DNA from: Methanothermobacter thermautotrophicus str. Delta H
Lineage (GTDB): Archaea; Methanobacteriota; Methanobacteria; Methanobacteriales; Methanothermobacteraceae
Assembly (NCBI RefSeq): GCF_000008645.1
Contig: NC_000916.1
Span: 870,001 to 902,000 of the forward strand
Direction: 5' to 3'
DNA: 32,000 nt
The position numbers were made by a program, and so were the translations under genes. A model generated the notes under the pieces. It did no database searches and was not told where the DNA came from. It was given only the letters and a program-made list of their open reading frames with translations. This document shows, piece by piece, positions 26,785-32,000 of this stretch; the first letter of the stretch is position 1; every line of letters starts with the position of its first letter.

Positions 26785-27923
26785 GTGAAGTTGGGGGAAC
26801 TTAGAAAATTCGTTACAAGTGAATTCGTATTTGGTGACAGGGCAAGATTCCTTGCTGGCAGATACGCCCTGAACCTCGGAGCCGACAGGTCCTCCTTGTG
26901 ACCGACAGGGGGTTAATGAAGACTGGATTCGTTGAGGATGTCAGCTCCTCCCTTGAGGAGGAGGGCCTCGAATATGTCATCTTTGATGATGTGACGCCCA
27001 ACCCCCGTGACCATGAGGTCATGGAGGGTGCTGAGGTCTTCGATGCCGAGGAATGCAACATGATAGTTGCCCTGGGTGGTGGAAGCCCCATTGACTGTGC
27101 AAAGGCCATGGGTGCTGTTGTATCCAACAGGATGCACGTACTTGACTTTGAGGGTGTTGATATGATCCCGACCCCCTCGGTTCCCATAATATGCATCCCC
27201 ACAACTGCAGGGACAGGAGCGGACGTCTCCCAGTTTGCAATCATCCTCGACACCCGGAGGATGGTGAAGATAGCCATCATAAGCAAGGCCATGATACCCG
27301 ACGCATCACTCATAGACCCTGAGACCACCGTCACCATGGACCGGGAACTGACAGCTTCAACAGGTATGGATGCCCTTGCCCATTCCATCGAAGCCTATGT
27401 ATCCAATGCAAGCTTCCATCTGACTGACCTCAACGCCCTGGACGCCATCAGAATCATAAGCAGGTGCCTCCCATCTGCCGTTGATGAACCCGAGAACATG
27501 GAGTACCGTGAGGGTATGATGCTTGCAAGCCTCGAGGCTGGCCTTGCATTCTCAAATGCCAGTCTGGGACTTGTCCATGCAATGGCCCACAGCCTTGGAG
27601 GCAAACTTGACATGGCCCACGGTGAGGCCAATGCACTGCTACTTGAACACGTGATAGAATTCAACTACCCTGGAGCCACTGAACGGTACCATGAAATCGC
27701 ACGGGCAATGGGCCTCAGGGGCTCGGGGCCCGCCGAGCTCATTGATTACATCCGGGAATTCAGGTCCAGCATAGGGATCGACATGACCCTGGAGGATCTC
27801 GGCGTCGGGGAGGACGACATACCTGAACTTGCAGAGGCCTCAATGAAGGACCCCTGCATTGTAACAAACCCTGTACGGCCCTCAATTGAAGATGTTGAGG
27901 CCATATTCAGGAGGGCCCTCTGA
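26785..27923 (+). CDS. Iron-type alcohol dehydrogenase family protein; apparent -1 frameshift at about 26888-26889
   Basis: ORF 26707..26901 ends ...KFVTSEFVFGDRARFLAGRYALNLGADRSSL*. ORF 26898..27923 starts TDRGLMKTGFVEDVSSSLEEEGLEYVIFDDVTPNP. One added G gives GADRVLLVTDRGLMKTG. Also CIPTTAGTGADVSQFA, LAHSIEAYVS, GLVHAMAHSLGGKLDMAHGEANALLL. Confidence 0.85.
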
Positions 27924-27935
27924 GGTGCTGGTGAA

Positions 27936-29033
27936 ATGTCTGATAGAGACTGGGAAACCCTCCGGGAAAAGATAATCGGATTCGGTGAGAAATCCGTAAG
28001 GAAGAGCTACTACCCGAGACTTCAGGAGTCAATGGCCGAACTTGAAAGGTTCAGAAAACTCCTTGACTGCGCAGATGACGCCATATTCCTGGTTAAAATC
28101 CCTGGTGGTGAACTCGTGGATGCCAACCGTTCAGCCTGTGTAATGCTAGGATACTCCACCAGGGACATCCCGGGACACATGGTATACGATCTCCTGCCAG
28201 GGGAACTCCACAATGTATTCCGTGGAATACTGGAGGGTGATGAAGACAGGGTGACCATGGATGGCCGTTTACTTAAGAGGGACGGCGATGAGGTGCCCGT
28301 TGAGATAAAGGTAAACATCCTTGATTTTAAGGGTGATAGATACGCTGTGCTCGTTGCCAGGGATATAAGCGAGAGGCTGAGGATGGAGTCAGAGCTGATG
28401 AAATCCCTCAGGGAGAATGAGGTCCTTCTGAGTGAGATACACCACAGGGTCAAGAACAACCTCCAGATAATATCAAGCCTTCTGAGCCTCCAGAGCCATG
28501 GTATCGATGACCCATCATGCAGGTCTCTTCTTTCAGAGAGCCAGGACAGGATAAGGTCAATGGCACTCATACATGAACAGCTCTACCGCTCAGGGGACTT
28601 CAGCTCCATAGAATTCTCATCATATGCCTCAAGGCTCCTCAAGAACCTCAAAAGATCATACGCCCCCGGGAAGAATATCGAGCTATCACTGGACACCGAA
28701 AACCTGAAACTCAGCCTTGAGACATCAATACCCCTTGGCCTCATGCTCAGCGAGCTTGTGACCAATGCCCTCAAACATGCCTTTAAGGGAAGAGATAGTG
28801 GTAATATAATTGTTAAATTTAAAAAGGATGGTGATTACTGTGTCCTTGAGGTCAGGGATGATGGTGTGGGTTTCAATGAGGAGAAGATCAGGAACAGCAC
28901 CTCACTGGGCTTTAGACTTGTTGAAATACTCACAGAACAGCTGGACGGATCACTGACATACTCCGGAGAGAACGGAGGACTTTTCAGAATAAGGTTCAGA
29001 GAACCCCTCTACAAGGACAGACTGACCAATTAA
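27936..29033 (+). CDS. Cytoplasmic PAS domain sensor histidine kinase (HisKA_2-type)
   Basis: N-terminal PAS (FRKLLDCADDAIFLVKIPGGELVDANRSACVMLGYS), ISEIHHRVKNNLQIISSLLSLQSHG-type H box (EIHHRVKNNLQIISSLLSLQ), HATPase (VTNALKHAF, VRDDGVGF). No TM helix seen. Confidence 0.92.
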   Translation: MSDRDWETLREKIIGFGEKSVRKSYYPRLQESMAELERFRKLLDCADDAIFLVKIPGGELVDANRSACVMLGYSTRDIPGHMVYDLLPGELHNVFRGILEGDEDRVTMDGRLLKRDGDEVPVEIKVNILDFKGDRYAVLVARDISERLRMESELMKSLRENEVLLSEIHHRVKNNLQIISSLLSLQSHGIDDPSCRSLLSESQDRIRSMALIHEQLYRSGDFSSIEFSSYASRLLKNLKRSYAPGKNIELSLDTENLKLSLETSIPLGLMLSELVTNALKHAFKGRDSGNIIVKFKKDGDYCVLEVRDDGVGFNEEKIRNSTSLGFRLVEILTEQLDGSLTYSGENGGLFRIRFREPLYKDRLTN

Positions 29034-29190
29034 ATACAATTAACATTTTTAATGTTCTGAGAGGATTATACACCTTATACCGTCTCAAGCTTTATTAAAG
29101 GCTTGAAGGGTTAAATAAAGGTTTTTGTATCTCTGCAGGTGGTGAAGGGTCATTTCATGGCCCCATCAAAGCCCATGGAAAGCATTATAA

Positions 29191-29790
29191 ATGGTGCCCT
29201 ATGTTAATATGAATATGGTTAGATTCAACAGGGAAGAGGTCAGGGACATTCTCGTGTCCATGGTTGTAATTGCAGGCGTATTCGCCTATGTTTTCTCAGG
29301 AAAGAACATTCAGACTGCACTGGTTCTTCTTCCAGCAACCCTGATCACGGTTGGCCTTGGATTTGTCCTCCATGAGATAGCCCATAAACTGATGGCCATA
29401 AGGTACGGTTTCTGGGCAGAATACAGGCTATGGCTTGAGGGCCTTCTGCTTGCACTGGTAACGGCCTACTTCGGATTTGTCTTTGCAGCCCCGGGTGCGG
29501 TCTACATCCATGGCAACTACATTGAGAGAGATGTGAACGGTAAGATATCCCTTGCAGGACCCCTAACAAATATAATCCTTGCAATCATGTTCCTCATGGT
29601 ATCCACGGTACTCCCATCACCCATCAACCAGGTGGCGTTCCTTGGATACGCTGTCAACAGCTTCCTCGCCCTCTTCAACCTCATACCCCTCGCGGTGCTT
29701 GATGGGGCCAAGGTTTTCAGGTGGAACCCCCTGATCTGGCTCCTTGCAGCCGCAGCTGCATTTGGGCTGACATTCAACAGCATGCTCTGA
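29191..29790 (+). CDS. Site-2 protease-like membrane metalloprotease (M50 family)
   Basis: 199 aa; [15 protein letters not shown] (HExxH), [30 protein letters not shown]. Confidence 0.87.
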   Translation: MVPYVNMNMVRFNREEVRDILVSMVVIAGVFAYVFSGKNIQTALVLLPATLITVGLGFVLHEIAHKLMAIRYGFWAEYRLWLEGLLLALVTAYFGFVFAAPGAVYIHGNYIERDVNGKISLAGPLTNIILAIMFLMVSTVLPSPINQVAFLGYAVNSFLALFNLIPLAVLDGAKVFRWNPLIWLLAAAAAFGLTFNSML

Positions 29791-29831
29791 GTGGTTAAGA
29801 TGTTCCGGGATATTCCTGTCAGGTACATTGG

Positions 29832-30983
29832 ATGCACCCACAGGCCGTGAGGCCCTCTGAGACCCTGAAGGCCTTCGGGGACAAACTCTCCATGATAGGT
29901 GTTACAAGGATCACCGAGATAACACACCTTGACCGCATCGGCATACCCGTATTCTCCGCCATAAGACCAACAGCAGAGGATGGAGCTGTGAGCATATACG
30001 CCGGTAAGGGCGCCACCAGAACCCAGGCAAGGGCCTCGGCCATGATGGAGGCCTTTGAGAGGTATTCAGCAGAAAGAAAGCCCGAAGATGAAACATTCAC
30101 AGCTCACCCAGAGGACTGTGACGGCCTTGACCCTGAGTCACTGATACTTCCAGGGTCCACTGATCTGAAATCTGAACTGGAGTGGATTAATGCAGAGAAC
30201 CTCACCGGTGATGAGGAGGTCCCGGTACCTGCAAATGCTGTTTTTCATCCATACAACCCTCCGGAAGGCTGCATGAGTCTGTTCCGATCAAACACCAATG
30301 GACTTGCATCAGGGAATGCAAGGGAGGAGGCCATATTCCATGGGCTGATGGAGGTGATTGAAAGGGATGCCTGGAGCCTCTTCGAGGCTAGGAGGGGTCC
30401 CAAAGTGGAGGTTGACTGCTCAGGGACGGATAATGATATAATATCAGGACTCCTTGAGAAGTTCCATGCCGCTGGTGTGGAGGTGACCCTGGTTGACCTT
30501 ACAGCAGACACCGGGGTTGCGACGGTGGCTGCGGTTGCAGATGACACCGTCCTGAGGGATCCGGCCCTCCTCACCATGGGCGTCGGGACCCACCTTGACC
30601 CTGAAATTGCGGTTATAAGGGCCCTCACAGAGGTCGCCCAGAGCAGGGCCACCCAGATACATGGAACCCGTGAGGACACCGTCAGGGCCGAGTTCATGAG
30701 ACGTGCCGGGTATGAGCGTATGAAGAGACTCAACAGGCACTGGTTCAGTGAACCGGAGGACACGATTACCCTGGATGAGATGGAGGACCTCTCAACAAGG
30801 TCATTCAGGGGAGACCTTGAGATAACCCTCAGGAAACTGCGTGAATCCGGTCTAGAGGATGTTTTCTATGTTGACCTCACCCGTGATGTGGGGGTCCCTG
30901 TCGTCAGGGTCATAGTTCCGGGCCTTGAGGTCTTCTCTGTTGACCCGGAACGTGTGGGGCGTCGCATCAGGTCCTCCATCTGA
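29832..30983 (+). CDS. ycaO: YcaO-domain protein (candidate McrA-glycine thioamidation enzyme)
   Basis: 383 aa; [76 protein letters not shown]; immediately upstream of tfuA. Confidence 0.88.
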   Translation: MHPQAVRPSETLKAFGDKLSMIGVTRITEITHLDRIGIPVFSAIRPTAEDGAVSIYAGKGATRTQARASAMMEAFERYSAERKPEDETFTAHPEDCDGLDPESLILPGSTDLKSELEWINAENLTGDEEVPVPANAVFHPYNPPEGCMSLFRSNTNGLASGNAREEAIFHGLMEVIERDAWSLFEARRGPKVEVDCSGTDNDIISGLLEKFHAAGVEVTLVDLTADTGVATVAAVADDTVLRDPALLTMGVGTHLDPEIAVIRALTEVAQSRATQIHGTREDTVRAEFMRRAGYERMKRLNRHWFSEPEDTITLDEMEDLSTRSFRGDLEITLRKLRESGLEDVFYVDLTRDVGVPVVRVIVPGLEVFSVDPERVGRRIRSSI

Positions 30984-31101
30984 GGATTCTGTAAAGATCC
31001 GATTCTGTCAAGTGTTTCCAGATGCAGGAGCTCCTCCTTCTGATATCCGGACCAATTTATCATCTAAAAGATTAATTATCAGCGCCAAGATACCAACCAG
31101 T

Positions 31102-31751
31102 ATGCATGGTAAGAAAATAATCATCTTCACGGGACCATCCCTATCACACACTGAAGCCTCCAGTATCCTTGAAGCTGAGTACAGGCCACCGGTGAGAAGG
31201 GGTGACATTCAGGAGGCCATGAAGGAGAACCCGGACATAATAGGCATAATAGACGGTGTTTTCCACCAGAGCCCTGCTGTTGGTCACAGGGAGATCATTG
31301 ATGCCATCAGGAGGGGTGTGAAGGTGGTTGGAGGGGCCAGCATGGGGCCCTGAGGGCCTCAGAGCTCAGTGAACTTGGAATGGTGGGTGTTGGCCGCATC
31401 TTCAGATCATACCTTGATGGTGAAATCGAATCGGATGATGACGTTGCAGTGGCCTTCAACCCTGACACCCTTGAGCCCCTCTCTGACTCCCTTGTCAGCA
31501 TAGAATTCAACCTTAAAAGAGCCCTCATGAGGGGTGTGATAAGAGAGGATGATTTCAGGGAGCTTATGAATACCGCGAAGAACCTCTTCTACCCCCTCCG
31601 AAATTACAGGAGGATCCTCCATGAAAGCGGGATCCCTGATGATACCAAAGAATCCCTGCGTTCCTTCCTTGAATCAGAGGGGAGGGACCTTAAAAGGGAG
31701 GATGCGCTGGAGGTCATCCGTCATATAAAGAAACTTGCATCTACAGGATAG
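31102..31751 (+). CDS. tfuA: TfuA-like protein; apparent -1 frameshift at about 31344-31347
   Basis: MHGKKIIIFTGPSLSHTEASSILEAEYRPPVRRGDIQEA...DGVFHQSPAVGHREIIDAIRRGVKVVGGASMG, then with one added G: ALRASELSELGMVGVGRIFRSYLDGEIESDDDVAVAFNPDTLEPLSDSLVSIEFNL.... ORFs 30925..31353 and 31380..31751 are its two halves. Confidence 0.88.
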
Positions 31752-31904
31752 GTTCCAGAAAGTAAGGGATAGAACTACACATAACAGAACCCAAATACGC
31801 AGAGATGAGACTGAACCAAACTAATAACAGAACCATGGACTGCTGCATTCAGACTACAGCGAAATGATGAACCTCACAGGACCTAGAATTATGGATGTGT
31901 TATC

Positions 31905-32000
31905 ATGGATCTTGAATCAAAGGTTGAAAGGGTTAAGACGGCCCTCAGGGGTGAGAGGATCGCCGTTGGATTCTCGGGTGGTGCTGACAGCACAGCCCTT
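31905..32000 (+). CDS. N-terminus of ATP-dependent PP-loop protein, LarE-like (truncated by window edge)
   Basis: ATG at 31905: MDLESKVERVKTALRGERIAVGFSGGADSTAL, containing the SGGxDS PP-loop. Confidence 0.75.
   Translation, partial: MDLESKVERVKTALRGERIAVGFSGGADSTAL

Noticed and set aside
31344-31347. Programmed ribosomal frameshifting in tfuA (and the two dehydrogenases)
   Set aside because: No clear slippery heptamer or obvious downstream stimulatory structure seen, and three unrelated genes share the same missing-G pattern, so a sequence error or ordinary mutation is simpler.
1-32000. tRNA, rRNA or other structural RNA genes
   Set aside because: No segment with recognisable T-loop (GGTTCRANYCC) plus paired acceptor stem was found by eye in the intergenic gaps; a tRNAscan/Infernal run would be decisive.
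1-32000. Phage, integrase, transposase or defence genes
   Set aside because: All sizeable non-shadow ORFs look like housekeeping, metabolic or surface genes; none shows such motifs.

Overview
The window looks like a chromosomal segment of a thermophilic hydrogenotrophic methanogen, probably Methanothermobacter; this is inferred from gene content and protein features, with no database search. From left to right it carries:
- the A-type ATP synthase operon (H-I-K-E-C-F-A, minus strand, A truncated by the window edge);
- a four-gene block of a short citrate-synthase/citryl-CoA-lyase-like protein, a lone fumarase alpha-type subunit, a U32/TIM-barrel-like protein and an MmgE/PrpD protein;
- tiaS, divergent from an HTH regulator, with start codons only 21 nt apart;
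- serA;
- a JAMM / Thg1 / nadX / PRC-barrel block;
- a tRNA-binding-domain protein and a radical SAM protein;
- a secreted surface protein with an aromatic/cationic C-terminal tail;
- a lactaldehyde-type aldehyde dehydrogenase;
- a class III-signal (pilin-like) peptide plus a TadC-like protein;
- an M24 peptidase, a HIT-like protein and an iron-type alcohol dehydrogenase;
- a PAS-histidine kinase and an M50 protease;
- a ycaO-tfuA pair followed by the start of a LarE-like PP-loop protein.
The strongest directly visible oddities are three genes (aldehyde dehydrogenase, alcohol dehydrogenase, tfuA) that each appear broken by one missing base in a G-run; a shared 11-bp near-palindrome supplying Shine-Dalgarno sequences in both directions; several short tandem duplications; and repeated use of TTG starts behind strong SD sequences. 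I saw no CRISPR array, phage, transposon or structural RNA gene that I can support. I see no clear undescribed defence or mobile system. The best candidate for uncharacterised biology is the citryl-lyase/fumarase/U32/PrpD block.
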